Of a DNA stretch of 64,000 bases, positions 36,900 through 50,949 are shown piece by piece. The position numbers and the translations under genes were made by a program. The first letter of the stretch is position 1; every line of letters starts with the position of its first letter. The DNA lies in the NCBI GenBank assembly GCA_036172245.1, contig JAYWIR010000022.1, positions 1,178,001-1,242,000 on the forward strand. The letters are read 5' to 3'. This stretch comes from Raillietiella orientalis. Taxonomy: Eukaryota. The notes under the pieces are model-generated. The model ran no database searches, was not told the DNA's origin, and saw only the letters and a program-made list of their open reading frames with translations.

Positions 36900-38700
36900 A
36901 GAGATGGGAGCTAAAGTAGGAAAACTGGGATATAATGAAATCTCAGAAGAGAGGACCAATATTCAAATTGCCAAGTAAGGAACATGAGGAAAGCTCAGTC
37001 TGCCGAGCCATACCTCCAGGAAGTTCTTTAGCAAGCAATAGGGTGAAGTTTCAGCTCGCCATAAAAGTTCTGTCTCACGAGAGAAGAAAGTCAATCATCC
37101 GAAGATCTCGGAGCCTCAGATGGATGTGCAGGAAATCAGTGGCGAAGACATTAGAAGACATATCGCATCTTGTTGACTCGTATGCACTGGAAAGAAGTCC
37201 GCATAAATTTGTGATAGAAAAAGAAATCGTGAAATTTAACACTAAAAAATAGCATCACAGCGAGTGAGGTATCGACAGTGATTCTCTGTACCTGCAGTTT
37301 TCCGTCAGCGAATAAAAATTTCACTTAGCTGCATTTTTCTGGGAGCCATTCGATCCACAAACTCGGTGACCATGTTCACTGAACGGGTGGAAGTGACACC
37401 TCAGCACAGTAGAAAGTTGACATTTCTGACAGACAGCCTCCGTTTCCTTGGAGTTGCGCAACAATATCTGACTGAAAATTTGGCTGCTGTGGGATGCAGC
37501 AGCCCGTAGCACTCGCAGCAGTGCGATATGCTGTCCAGGTAGTATTTTTCACGAGCACTGCTGAAGGATGTGTGATTGAGAAATTATTATTTGGCGTTAT
37601 ACCATTTACAGACGTGAGCACTCCGTTGCAGATGCTGTTTGAGATGGATAAATTGAAAAAGTTCCCAGAAGAAAGCACGTGCCGTATCAGATCTGCCCCA
37701 GTGCAAGAAATTCGGTTTTCACCACGCCAAGAATCTGTAAATCTCAACTGTGAAGAATTGCACAAGTTCGAAACACCAAATGGATTGTCTCATATTAGGT
37801 ATGTCTTATCAATGAGAGAAGATTGTGAACTACGAGGAAGCTGAAGCTTGAGAAAGCCTTTAGTCACCAAGCCTCAGAAGTAAAAGCACACAGTCCATGA
37901 ATTGGAGGTTCAGTGGATTCGTTCCTTAGAAATGCTACCAGAATCGTTCGCATCTAGTCCTCTTCTTTGGTCAGGCTGATTAAACTTTACGCAGACTATA
38001 AAAAGAATAACATGCAGTAAAAGCGCTTGAGGAATGAATGCCACTGTGCACACCATTCTGTAGATAAAACAGCATTCAGGGAATGCTCTGAACACCAAAC
38101 AGATGCAAATTAAAGAAAGGTTCTTTCAGGGATAGGAAGGATGCATCAGGAGAGTGAACAATGGTTGCGTAGTTGCGCTACATCAGGTCAAAGGTAAGAG
38201 ACTCAGGTCTAGGGATCATGAGTCAAATTTGAAAAACCACAACTGCAGCCCCTTGTGCGGAGAATAAGATGGTTCTTGATGCCATTGCATTCAGTGGCAT
38301 CTAGAAATAGCTCTGGCATTCAAGTGATTTGATTGGCCTCCAGGTAATGCTGTCAGACAGCTTTAGAAACCGCCATCCATGAACGTTCTGTAGCTTAATT
38401 TAGATCCTGTGGTATTGATGGACCGATAGGAGATCCATATTTTAACGAGTCTGTTGCTTCTTCTCAGACTTTGTCTAGTCGCGCTCTGGGGCTACTCTAA
38501 AAATCTTCGCTGCACCAGCACGCTGAAAAATAATTTCCAAGAAAGTGTTCCCACTCGGAGTTTTTTGTTCCTTTGTTCGTAGACGCGACACTACAAGTGG
38601 TGGGTGTGCCCTTCTTCTTCGATGATGGTTCCTCAAAACAGTCGCTTCCTATGAAAGCCGAGCTTCTGAAACAACCAATGAATGATTGGGAATGGACATC
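36900..38700 (+). mobile_element. Decayed hAT transposase (Charlie/SPIN/GTF2IRD2-like type)
   Basis: PWSCATI (cf. PLSxxT), VQVVFFTSTAEGCVIEKLLFGVIPFTDVSTPLQMLFEM...IRSAP (cf. AQLxxFxRY..E++LF..L..TTG.IF...TDGAP), CLINERRL (cf. HCxxHxExL), GNAL (cf. RWLSxGxxL). Confidence 0.65.
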
Positions 38701-39849
38701 TTCCAGCAGCCAAAAGTTCCGGAAGAAGGATCACTTACTCTGCTCCTGATCTGCATATAAACTGTCAAGAACGAGGAGGTAACAGGAGACTCTGCCAAAG
38801 AGGACCACAGAGACATGATTCCGGAACCTCGAGCATGAGTTCTGAAAGAAATGGGCTTGTTAGGCTCGAAATACTGAAAAAAGAATTCTTTGAGCTGAAA
38901 AACTGACCGAAAGAAACGTTCTATTTAATAAGAAGAGAAGTAGACGTACTCCTCTGATTAGACATTCGGCGAAAGAGGAGAAAACTGAGGGGTGCTCTTC
39001 ACGGCATCAAATCCAAAGTGCCTCCACCTCCATTCTGACTCTTCACATCAGTGTTTTGCAGCAAAGCTGTAAGAACAAGTCGAGGTTCAGCCTACTAAAT
39101 GGAGGACGAATGTGGAAGGAGAGACAGGAAATTGCTGACTTAGTGTTTGGCTGCTGTCCCAGATGCAACTCCTGCGTTCACCAAGAGCTGCTCGTGTACT
39201 CTTCGATACTAATAATCGCTCCTCGTTATCAGAAATCGCCCCACTTGCTGCCGTTCTACAGATCATTACTCACCATTCTGATCTGACCTCAGAAGAAGCA
39301 ACTGCCCGCTGTTACGACATGCCTCCGCTTCTTTGTTCCTTCAGTCAATAGGGAACTGGTATGCGAGCTGGGAATCGAAAGGAAATTTGCAAGAGGAAAG
39401 AGAGAATAGAAGAAAAAACCAACAGCCACAGATGAACTCGCATTTTTTTACTCATTTCTCTTTTTCCAGATAACGAGGCTTTGGGGTTGGTGGTTCTGAC
39501 TGAAATTCTATCCACAGTGGAGGCGAAGGCATTCGGAATCCTTCTGAGCTATCATCGTCATACTAATTTAACCATAAAAGCCTGGAGGGATGATTTAGTT
39601 TGCTTCGTTTCGTGCTCCAGGACGCCACTCGTTTGAGAGGATCTCTCGCAAGAGCACCATGCAGGCTTGAAACAAATACCAAAAGTCAGCCTTTTTTCTC
39701 CATCCGCTTCTCGCTTAGAGGCGCTCCATGAAAGGAAGATTTCTGGAGCCGGGGTGATTGCGAGTAAGCCAGCTAAGATCAGATCGCTCCACGTGCAGAG
39801 GAAAAAAAAAAAAAAATACGGTTGTCATTCACAAGTGTGGGACGTCACG

Positions 39850-40600
39850 TGCGTGACTCCCAACTGCGCATTATCTCTGGAAGGCGGCTTGTTTGTCGAG
39901 GATATCTATGCCGATCAATGTGTAACCGAGAGGAACGAAATCGCAGACATGCTTGCCGGACGAACTCCCGCAACTTTTCGAGCTTCGAGCATGATAAAAT
40001 ATCTTCATGACTTCTTGTTTGCTCCAACAAGGATTTTGCTCCCACAGCGAAGCGGCGCTCCGAGTGGGAATCGAACGTTGCGCCTGGGACTCTTCGACTT
40101 GGGAGCTGCTGCTGGGCGTCCGAGTGGGCGTGTGGAACGGAAGAGCCGACACAAAGTGGGGAAACGTCTCCTACTTGCGCGATCGCTTGCAGTCTGAGAA
40201 ATCGAGGACTGGAAGAAGCATTGCGTGAACCGCGAACTCTTGTCTGAGTCATCGGCACGCTTGCGAACTCCAGGGATCAAAAGCTGCCATGGGTGAGCGA
40301 ATCGCAACGCTAGTAAATAGGTGGCAGCAGCTATGTAGGTAAAAAGCTCTCCCGCTTTCACCCCATGTATGTGTCGCTATGAAGACGGCCACCCCAATTT
40401 ATCGCAAAAGGAGAGCACACCTCCCATTCTCCTGAGGAAAAAGTAATGATTATTAATGATTTTTCAGTAATTATAAAGACGGAGGTGGAGCAGTTTTGTA
40501 TACACTGCACCACCTCCGTTGAAAAGAGGAGGAACGCCCACTTTTCACGAAGAGTGCCTCGGTAGCTCCCAACAGTGTTCCCAGAGCTACTTGGCGTTCT
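39850..40600 (+). mobile_element. Decayed gypsy RNase H end and integrase
   Basis: ERNEIADMLAG (cf. NxxADxLSR), RILLP, IEDWKKHCVN (cf. +xx+VxxCxxC), RPPQFIA (cf. DxGPQF). Confidence 0.55.
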
Positions 40601-41099
40601 CGTTCGTTTTCGTTTCTGAAAAGAACGTTTCGTTTCCTCTTGGAAGGTGGGAGTAACCTTTTTTCTCCCTTTGAGTTTCAACTCTGAAGCTGAACTTTGA
40701 GAAAGCGTTCCGCCCACCCCGTAAGCCACACTTTCCACGACTCCCACTGATGCCCATCCATAAATACCTTAAGGCTGCATAGCAAGTGGTTGATTCACCA
40801 CTCAGGAAATCCTGGATTGACGGGAGACGGAGAAAAAAAAAATTTTCGATCCAGTAAGAATCATTAAGAATTCACGTAATTTGCATGAAGGGATGTGAGG
40901 GCGTAGGAATCTTTTTTCTAAAGACCAGAAAAGATCTGGAGGAATCGATTCTGGGATCTGCAGCATTATTTCTGAAGTTTTCTGCTTTGTTTCTGATGTA
41001 GCAAATGGTTTTCTCTGGCTACAACAAGAACGCTGCTGCATATGATGAAGCAGATCACCCTTAACGACAAGATAAATCATCTCGGTCACGTTTGCGCTG

Positions 41100-43600
41100 T
41101 TTTGATAGACAGAAAAATGTTTTCTGGCTGATTATAAACCACACGCAATAAGGTTCGGTAGCAACAAGAATCGGTTTCTCTTTCCAGGAAGATATTCTAC
41201 CCATTAAAAATTGAACCTAATGGTTACTCAGTGGGAAAAAGTAGTTGGCCTGATGGAACATTCCAAACCGCTCATTAGAATTTCTCTTATTATGAATAGT
41301 AATGCTGCTGCTTATTTCATACCTAAATTGGAAGACGGCGCAAAGTGCGTCGCAAGACACCAACATTACTTTGACAAATGACCGTAATCCCGTCACAAAT
41401 TCAACCGCCATTAACAATTTTTCCCATTCCGAGTTGCTTCTTTTTATGTGTTATTTTATATTCACATTGCAATTTTGGAGCTATCTGATTGGATAAAGAC
41501 TACAGAGTTCCCTATTCTAGATGAGGTTCCACGATATGCAAATGACTTCAATCTTCAGAGAGCGCAGTGCTTCCCGTATACCAAAATGTTAGAAAATTCG
41601 AGCGATGGATAAAATTGTGCTTAAGAGGTACGAAAGCTCCTGTGCACAGAGAGCAGTCTGTAGGTGAATACCAAGTTCAGAAATGGCACACCATGCATTC
41701 AGCACACATGAATTGGTCTTTCCCTAGCTCTTCGTGGATAAAGGGAAGTAATCTGCAGATTTTCCATTTCCGCTGTTTGAAATTCGGGGACCTTGAAATG
41801 AATGGGAGCTGAGAGCCGAAGATCGAAACCCAAGGGGTGTTGAGTAGACAAATCGTCGATATACTTGTATTTCAATATTGAGCAGTCTAAAGCTACTTAG
41901 GAACACCCGATGTCTTTCAAGCGTTTATCGATAACAGCTAAAACGGCTATTGCACTGCAGAGCGTAACCTCAATCTCAGCTCTGCGCCCTCCGTGTGAAA
42001 GTCAGCTTTGGGTCGGAGGAGTGCTGATTAGTCTTTGAGGAAGAAACGCCCCGCTTTCGCTGCCTCGGATTTCGTTTTGAAACACGTACCCCTAGTTTTT
42101 CCAGACATCAGAACATACATCAGCCTAATATGATTAAAGGATAACGTTGTCTGAGTAACGAGCTGCGAACTTTCGAGAATTTGTAATGAATGAAACGGGA
42201 GATTCGTATCAAAGGTTCTTTTGGACTTGAGGATAGAAAGGCTTGCCTATGAAATATCAAACGCGGGCAGACAGATTGAAAATCATGTGATGATTCATTG
42301 TTCTTGAACCATGGATAAATTCCCCTAAAGAGATACGCGATCCCAGAGTTCTTAGTGTATTTTTTTTTTTTAGACTCTTCTTACACCATCGATGAATCTG
42401 ACCAGAATATTCTTATTGGCCACCCATCTTCCAATCGCCCCATGTTTGCTTTTATTTTTCTATTTGCTCCATCCCTTGCCCCTGTGCTGTCGAGGTGATC
42501 CCGCTGGCCTGCGTGCCAGCTCCCGGAAGGTTCCTTTTCACAGGAATAAGTATCGTGGAAAGATCGATCGCCCAACCCCAGAAATGTATAGTTTTTTAAA
42601 TAAACGCCCCGGCGTGGCTGAGTATCAACTCATCTTCCAATGTATTCCAGTCTTTGTGATGATTGTATTCTAAATAGGAATGCGTCAAAAGTTCCCTCCT
42701 CTTCTGTTGTATAGGAAACACTACAAACGCTGTTTCCTCGTTTCAGCACCTTCTTTAGAAACCCTTTTAGCCATCCGATGCGCGGTATTCACATCGATAA
42801 TGCCCGGAGAAGCCTTCAGACATCCCATACGGTACCAGAAATGGTGGCGGAACACCCATCACGCGTTTTCCTGATGCATCTTCATGGCCAAATTGGAGAG
42901 GAAATGTTTGGGGGCAACCCCATTTGTTAGTGCAGCATAAAGGGAGCCTATTTTATGGCAGCCTGCATCATCTCTAGACAAGGCACTAAGTCTTTTTAAA
43001 TGAACTACCACTCAAACAAAAAAATCGCATCTGTATAGTCTACTTCTCCTGTGTTCTCCAAAAGTTTACCTCAGTTGACATCGAGATACAACGCCTGCTG
43101 ACTGTTAAGGAATAGCAAGAGCACATCATGGTCACTGTGTGGTCTTTCCATTTCTTTCCAATGAAGAAAGTTTGTAAAATATTGAATGCGCATGCTGGAT
43201 ATGTACAAATACACAGTATGAGTATAAAGCATATCTGAAATTTTTATTCTAGGAACCTATGCTGCGGTGGTCGATTTTCCCAGCTCGGATATCCTAGCAC
43301 TAGCGTTTGAAAAATGGCAAACCATGAGTGTGCTACTCTGCCATCAGATTTGGATCGTTGGTTCACATCTCTTGAAATCGACGGGAGTGGCTCCTGACAT
43401 CAACTTGAGGCCTTCTTATTGCTACTCTTACCTGCAAAACTCACTACCAAGAACCATGCCATTGATGGAAGTGATCTTGCATCCCTCCATCGTGGAAGAA
43501 CAAAGAGGAAAACTGTTGCGAGGGACAGTGGATGCACTTTTCTCGGGAACCCTTATCTTGAGCCACTGAATGTGAACCTTACTGCTTATCTGATCCTATT
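41100..43600 (-). mobile_element. Decayed Ty3/gypsy pol (protease, RT, RNase H, integrase)
   Basis: MSGAT at ~43390 (cf. DxGAT), FLVPYGM at ~42830 (cf. MPFG), GKTNSCAECM (cf. GKxNxxADxL), MAVEFVTGLRS (cf. MDFxTGLP), FFPLSN (cf. YHPxxNG). Confidence 0.6.
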
Positions 43601-43899
43601 TTCTCTTCAATTACATCATCAGTGGAATTGCTTCCATAAGAGATCAAACAGATTTGCCTGCTTGTTGCAGATATCATTCAAGCAGCTACTACAAATCACC
43701 CTGTGTCCTGAAACTTGCTGCTGAGATGAAGTGTGCTGCTCTTGTCTTTTGAATTTCAGGGGAAGGCATGAATCTAGGATGGAACTAAGAGCCGAGCTTT
43801 ATGGGATATCGTTCTGATGCTCAGCAGAGATTAATTTAGCTTTCATGGTTTCCAGCTGCCCTGAAACTATTAGCATTTTTCTCTTGTTATTCAAAGATT

Positions 43900-44560
43900 T
43901 GTAATGTGATCCGCTCAATAAGAATATTGAGGATTATAATTGTACAAACCCTGTGGGAGAAGTAGGCGTACTTTGCCACCGTAAATCTCATATAGCAACA
44001 GAAAGAATCTTCCTAAGAGAACTTAAGAAGCATCTTTTCCAGCCACCTATTCCACGAACAGAAGGAATTCCACTGTTTCGAAAGTAAGTTGCCCTCTAAT
44101 CTGTGCTTTGTGACGATGGATGAGAAGCAGAATAGGCGCGTTTACAGCCCAGGAAGCGGTAGGGGAAAAGTCAGCGAATCCAAGCATATGGCTACTTTTT
44201 TTGGGCAAAGGGCATCACACGTTAGAGATGACGGATCGATGTTGTGCCTGGAATAATGGGACCCCTTCAATGATTGAGTCCTTTGTTATCTGGATATATT
44301 CGACTACTGTGCATCGATCATGAAGTGACCAGTCAACTGGTTACCTCATGAGAATCATTTCAGATAGTCTGGTCACTTCAAAGAGTAATCCGAGCATGCA
44401 AGGAAATTCACCAGAGACATATCAGCAGTTCTCCTCCAGCTACAGAGCCTGCAGATCTTTGCCTCGGAGGAAAGTGTGGCATCAGGAACTCGACCGTCCT
44501 CATTCAAGGTGGATTCTCTCCCATCTCAATTAGGAATAAGAGAAGTGAAAATCCTTATAC
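43900..44560 (+). mobile_element. Decayed LTR-retrotransposon integrase core
   Basis: LDIFDY, RIISDSLVTSK (cf. IxSDxGxxFxS), SSSYRACRS (cf. SSPYxPQS). Confidence 0.45.
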
Positions 44561-44799
44561 ATCCAAATGCTAGAGGGAGGAAAGAGGAAAGGGAAGGAGG
44601 AGGGGAAACGAGTCTCCATCGCTCACAGAGCTCTCCCTAGATGACGCAAATTTCTTCTGGTCTCGCAAGTTGTGGCTCTTTTTATTTTGAACGCAGAAAG
44701 AATGAAAACAGGGAGAAAGCCTACAGCTCAATCCGACAGCAGTCTAGAATTCCACCAGTTCACCTAACGGTTTTAAACACATAGTTGCCGTTGGTGACA

Positions 44800-47340
44800 C
44801 GAACCTTCCAGGTGATCATTTCTTCCATGTTCGCTCTCGGTGCGGTCTGCTCGAGGCACGCAGAATCCATCCCTCTCCCGATAGAGGCCTGCTCCTTCCT
44901 CGGTTCCGGAATAGATGCGAGCAATGTCTTGCTCTGCAAGAACGGACCCTCGCTCCCATCAGAGACGTCGCAGCGTAATTTTCAGCGGCAGGAGGATGTA
45001 CGGGAGGGTGCTTCAAATCGGCATAAAAAAAAGCGTGCATGTGTTTCTAGAGAGTGCATCAGGCAGCACTGCACCGCGCTCTGAAAAGTTGGAGGACCTG
45101 AATGCCATGCACGACTCGACACCGTCCCAAGGGGTCTTGCCTTTCTGCGGAGTGTTTGCATTTAGCATCGTGGAAAGAGATGTGATATGAGCGCGTCAGT
45201 GCAATGTTCCGGAAGACGAAACGAGGGGAAAAGTGGGGATTCCCTGAACACAGATATGCCTGTCTTGTCGCCCCCCTAGCCTCTTACTTTCCTGTGCGGG
45301 TTCTGGGTCGGATGTTCCAAACCAAATGCTTGGAGCCTTTAGTGCAGGGTATGGAGTGGGGTTCTGGAAATGGATGCCAGAGATCTCACAGGATTTCGTT
45401 CATCTCCTGACCATCTCCTGAGAGATGACTGGACTCTCGAAGGCAAAGCCCTTCTTGCTGAGTGGGTCCAAGTTTTGTCCTCCTCTGGTGGTCCTTGAAC
45501 CCTCGCCGATCTTGTGCCTCCAAGACATTCCACCGGTTCTTGGAAAAAGCGCTTCTCTCCGCTGCATACGGTGGACACTTGAAAAATGCCCGCAAGGGAA
45601 GAAATAAGAAACACGCGGGCTGAGGTTTTCAGGAGAGAACTATTCGTCTTCGTGCACCTTCTCAGACTGGCTTCTTGGAAGACCATGCACGGCACCCAAA
45701 GATGCTGTGGATGAAGAAGCTCGAAGCAGGGTAATCTGACAGCCGAGTTCGTGAATTCTAGAAACCCGACCGTAGTCTTTCTCAAAGCTACGCAGGTGTT
45801 CGATAAGGAGAAAGTCAGGCGCTCGTCATGCAAGCAGTTCCGAAAAAGATTGCAGAGCAAGGAACTTCCAGCCACTATATCGAATCCATTCCCTTAGACG
45901 GCCTTCGGCTTGAAGAAGAAAGTTCTGTTGGTGTTCCTGAATTCTTAAGCATCCGTCTCCTTAGTTCTCGGATGGGGAACTCCAGAAACAGCCGCAGCAG
46001 GAATATGAGGAACAGTTCCACTGGACGATAGTCTCCAGTTGCAAGCAATTGAAGTGCACTGCAAAGTGCACTGCACTCTGAGAAAGAGCTGAGAGGAGCA
46101 GCAGCTTGCAGTTTCGCTCCTTTTCGCAAGGAGCGCAAGCTAACTGCGCTCTTGGATGGAGCAATTTCTTAGAGAAGCCGGTATTCTCAAATACACTCTG
46201 TCGAGGAACTCCAGGGAGGTGAGGGATTGCAGCCGCATCCTTCGGCTCCGTAAGGGCTGCGTAGACACCGACGATAAACCGCATCAGGAAGTCTCCTAAA
46301 CGTCAAGGACTGCAAAAACTTTCTCCACTGAGCTGCCTGTATGGTGACATCGCATCTCTGAAAGGTGTGCGGGAACCGTAAAAGTGCAGGAGATTCCTTA
46401 GAAGCAGAAAGGAAGCATGGCAGGTGTGGCTGTCTCCCTTTTCCTTCTTCACGGTGGCGGCGGCATTAGCCTCGTCAGCGATGCAGAAGGTGCCAGCGTC
46501 TATGAGTCCTGTAGAGTTCCTGCTGGCCTGCTGGGATCCACGCAGAGCAGAAGTCTCTGTCCAGAAGCAGTCTGAGGTCAGGGGATGCCTTCCTGAGAGC
46601 TCAGAAAGGAAGGAGAGAAAGGTCCCCAGGTGGCTCTTTGGCTTGCACCCTGGACCGAAAGGAATACTTTACCCCGCTTCAAAGATGGGAAGCATACTAT
46701 GAGATCGTGGGAAAAAAGTACTTGGGATGCTGGACGGGCGCGTCAACTAGCTGACTCATGTACTCCCACTGTCCTCTCCAAAGGAATTCTTCGCTAGGGG
46801 GAGCTTCTAGATATTCTTCTGGAAGAGGCAGAAATTCCCTAAGTGTTTATGGATAGTCCCACGCTTTCTCTGAAATGGCAGGACTCGGCATTGCAGTTGC
46901 TGCACTGGACGATCCCATGCAATGCACGGGTCCATCACTGGACGAGGAATGTGACCCCAGACTGTTTCAGATGTGGAACGAGGAACCTTTTTGCTCTTTT
47001 TGCTGAATTGTGTCGTTGCCCTCCTTATTGTCCGGAAACACTTCTCTGCGGTGCTCCCACTCCCGTTGGACAACAGCAGAGAGGTCTTCGCGCGCGATGC
47101 GATGTCGCCTGCAGTCCTTGCAGCTCCGTGCTGCCTTCGCGGGATTGCGACGGCGAAAAGTCGCGCAGAAAAAGGCAAGTAGAACGGTGAGGTCATTGCC
47201 ATCGTCTGCTCCTTCATGAGGAAGGCGACAAGATGGCTCTAACTCTGCCAACAAAAAGAGGAAGCTACCACTATCCTCCAGAGGATGCTGAGGACTCCAG
47301 GAAGAAATCTGTGGTCTCCTCCTTTCCTCATCCTATCAAC
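44800..47340 (+). mobile_element. Decayed L1/Tx1-like LINE ORF2
   Basis: GNLTAEFV (cf. DGLTxEFY), RNFQPL (cf. NWRPI), LRKGCV (cf. GxRQGCP), LYGD (cf. YADD), PDCFRCGTRNLFALFAELC (CCHC zinc finger). Confidence 0.7.
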
Positions 47341-47899
47341 ATATTTTTCAATTGAAACTTTGTATTTTTTTTTTTTTTGGTCACCCCTTCCTCCACTCCT
47401 GTGCGGACCTCATCTGGGAGCTGTTCATGAGAAGCAGTGCTTCCGAGGCATTTCCCTTCGTAACAGTAGTCACTACTAAGAAAGGCATTTTATATTTTAT
47501 AGTACTGTTTTTTTGTAAAGATTTTTTTTTTTACAATAAACACTCTGACGTGACCGGGTGAAAACTCCCGCTCCAGGATTTCAGCAGTTCAGATTAAGCA
47601 GTATCCCCCCTTCGAGTTACTTTTTTCCTCTTGCCTAAGAAAATAGGTGGAAGGGAGAAGGAAAGGTTGACTCCCTGGCATGGCCGAAGAATCTCCACCT
47701 TGAGATCTCAGCTTTTCTGGAGTATTCCTCAAGGTCCATTCGAGCCAAGGAGGACCAAAGGAACCCCTAGCGTTTCATCTCTCAGAAAATGGAGAAGTGA
47801 ACTTTCAGGAAAGCAGTGGTCCCACTAGAGGAACTCAATGGATCCTCCTTGATTGGAAGGGAGGTCAACTCGAAGGACTAAAGAATAGACCGCTCTTCA

Positions 47900-48650
47900 C
47901 CTCCTCTCCTTCCTTCCCTATTCTCCCATGAGTTCCAAGGAAGCTCTAAGGGACAAGAGATTCTTAAAAAGGTGCTCCGTGCTCCCTCGGACTTTCCCCG
48001 GACCTTCTCGGAAACACTCCTTCTTTCCCTTCACATCCGTCCCTTCCTTCTCTCGTTTGTTTTTCTTCGGAAAGGATGGAGCGGAAGGGCAGCAGTGTTC
48101 AGCCCTCAAGTCTCGTTCGGAAGACCTTGATCCTGGGGTTGCCCTTTACTCAGACCCAGAGAGCATGGGGTAGGCCGCCATCTCTCGCACCCAGTGAAGT
48201 CGAGCGGGTTTCAAAAAACCGGATGGAATGTCTCAGTTGCACGTCTCTCCCCTTTCGAAAGCACGTCTCATTTGCTCTCTGGAAGCTTTCCGGAGGTGGG
48301 ATTCGTACGGTTGCAGGGGGAAGGAGAGAAGAGCATGGAGCCAAGAGGAGCACAGGCTAATGGTACTCAGAAGCGTTCCCAGGAAGGAGGAACTTGCGCA
48401 CGCCTGAGGAAGACCTTTCCAGCCCCCTTCCCCTGCTCAACCCACAACTCTCATCCCTCCATAGCTCTCTTTTGTCCCACGGTCTCCAGAGCATGACATC
48501 AGCTCACTTGCTCCATCATTCCCTTTGTTTTTCTCTATACAAAAAATGCTGACTCCCTGAGTCATCGACGTGTTCCAATGCGCTCCAGCTGGGAAGAGGA
48601 GATCTGCGGCACACGAAGGAGACAAACTGTCTTTTTTCCCCTGTGCTGAC
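47900..48650 (-). mobile_element. Possible LINE ORF1 (gag-like) relic
   Basis: GLPHALWV*VKGNPRIKVF resembles Tx1 ORF1 +PxxxxxxG...++YxGQP. Weak. Confidence 0.25.
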
Positions 48651-49754
48651 CTCAGGGATGACGGGCCGCAGATGGCCAGCCAAGGAACTTAACGCGCACT
48701 CCTAAAGAGCTTTCGACGACGCATGAAGGAGCGCACGCTTCACTTCTCGTCGTCGGGATTCGTCGTTGTCTCTCTCCTGCTTTTGTTCTTGCCCCCTCCC
48801 CTACAGACACAGACCACACAGACCTTCCACCTCCCGGATAAGATTCGTTGATCCTCTTTTCCCTAGGTGGCAGAATCGAGACGGGCGGGCCTCGGAAACC
48901 AGAGGAAGAGAAGGAGGGATTGGGGGGATGGAACGGGTGGGGAAGCAGCAGAGAACCTGCGAAGGCTGAAAGTCGATCTCGAACGCTCGCAGCATTTGCG
49001 CTTACGAGCTCCTTCTCCCTCTGCCCCTCTGTTTGACCGGGATGCAATTTCATCGCCTCGAGGAGAAGGGACGCTCGGTCGCCATGGAAACCAGAGAGAA
49101 GGGACAGGGGGAGAAAGAGAGCCACCTCCCCTTCCCTCGACGTGAGGAGAGCGGCTCGGCCTTCGCCCTTGCCCTGCCGGGGGATCCTTTGGCCGGCGGG
49201 AGCAAGTCCTCGAGACGGAGGAGAGTGGCCAGTCGCCCGGGAAACGCAAGCCTCCCTACACAGAAATGAGAAACCTTTGCCGGCAGAGTTCAAAGGTCCT
49301 TGAGAGAGTCTCTTCGGCTGAACGGACTCGAACAAGGTGGCCCAGAGCTTGACTCAAAAGTCAATAATCCAAGGAATGAATAGGGAGGTATAGGAAGGGG
49401 GGATGGGTCGGAGGAGTCAGAAGGACTCCTTTGGGGATCGCCTAGAGAAAGTTCCGGAGCAATCTAGAACAATCAGTATCTTCTCTCACCGAGCCGCTCC
49501 TTGGTAAAAAGGGGTCTGGGGAGATAGTCCTCTGAGCATCGCCTATTTCCACGCCTTCCCTTCTCTTATGCTACTGATGACCACCTTGGACATTGATAGG
49601 GTCATCCGGGAGATCCGAGAGAGTCCTAAAGGGCACTTCCCCTTTTAATGTTCCTATTCTGCAGAAGGGGCATGCGGACGGAGAGGGGGATGGGTGAGTG
49701 GAAGGCTAGCGACCTCGCGGACGCGAGGGACCTGGCAGCAAGCCTCACGTGAGA

Positions 49755-49842
49755 GAGCGCGACTTTGTCTGTGAACAATGCTGTGAACAATGCTGTGAAC
49801 TATGGTGCTCTATAAAGTCGCGCTCCTTATTCACAACATTGT
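49755..49842. repeat. Three 12-bp tandem units enclosed by a perfect 12-bp inverted repeat
   Basis: gagcgcgacttt (49755-49766) and aaagtcgcgctc (49814-49825) flank ctgtgaacaatg x2 plus ctgtgaactatg (49769-49804). A degenerate inverted unit ttcacaacattg follows. Confidence 0.9.
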
Positions 49843-50949
49843 CCCACTTCGATCGAGATTAGCACCTCAGTCAGAATGAGGAGTTGAGGAAGAGAGGGAC
49901 ACACTCTCAGAGGCACCGAGGGTCACTTCTTTCCTGGAATCCTTCCCTTCTTTGCCCTCACTTCCTTCTGGTCTTTGGGGACTGAACATCGCCAAAGATC
50001 ACCAAAGTTCCCAGATAGGGGTGAAGTAAGGGACTTAGGGAAGCATAGCTTCTCGTCTGTCTCCCTTCTGCTACTTCCTAGGTTTGGAAGAAGCCGGGGG
50101 AGATGGGACTCCCGACCCTAATTCACCTCTCTTTTCCCTTCCAGGGAGTCGAAAGCTTTCTGGAACTTCTCAGATGGAAAAATTTTCGAAAGGAAGGCAA
50201 AAAAAAAAAAACCTTAGGCACTCCTGACACTCCCTGGGATGCATATGAGGAACAGGAGGACCCCGGCAGGAGTTGGGAAGATGGAGAGAACGGTGCCTTC
50301 AAGGGGAGTTATCGTGGGGGAAGGGAAGGAAGAGAAAAGTGGAGATCTCTTTCGTCCTCGCGGCGCCCTCTTGCAGCCGTAGGACCGGAGCGGAGACTTG
50401 CTTGTCCTTCGGAACGGAGGCGGTAGGAGGCGGAGGGAGAAGCTGGCAGTCCTCTCCGCTCTCCCTCCTCTATTGGAAGCGCCTGGGAACCCTGAGCTCG
50501 CTCCCGTAAGGGCCTCTTCCTAGGTTTCCACTGCCAAGGACCCTTCCGTGGAAGCTTTCGCTCTCCTCCCACTGAATGGAAGTCTCGCGGCGGGCACCCG
50601 TATGACAGGGTCTCGTCTCTCATCTTTCAGAGGAATGCCCCCTCTCCAGAGATCGCTAAGCGCCATGACTCCCCGCGCAGTGTGTCCGTCGGCGTATCAC
50701 CCTTTGAGGGTATCACCTCCTGAGGTGATCGGCAGATTCGTCCGGGTTCGCAGTCAGCGGGAGTCTCGTCGGTGGCCTCATTACGCGCTCCAGCTCCCTG
50801 GTTTCGTCCCATTTTCTCCCTTTCTCTTTTCTGACCCCTGCCTGGGGTCGGGAGAGCTTCCCGTTCCGTCTTTTCCGCGGGAGGAGGCAGAGCAGGAGGG
50901 AAGAAAAAGAAAGAAAAAAGGAAAGAAAAAAACCACGGGAAACTCCCAA

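Noticed and set aside
49769..49804. CRISPR-like repeat array
   Set aside because: The 12-bp units are contiguous without spacers, there are no cas genes, and the context is eukaryotic.
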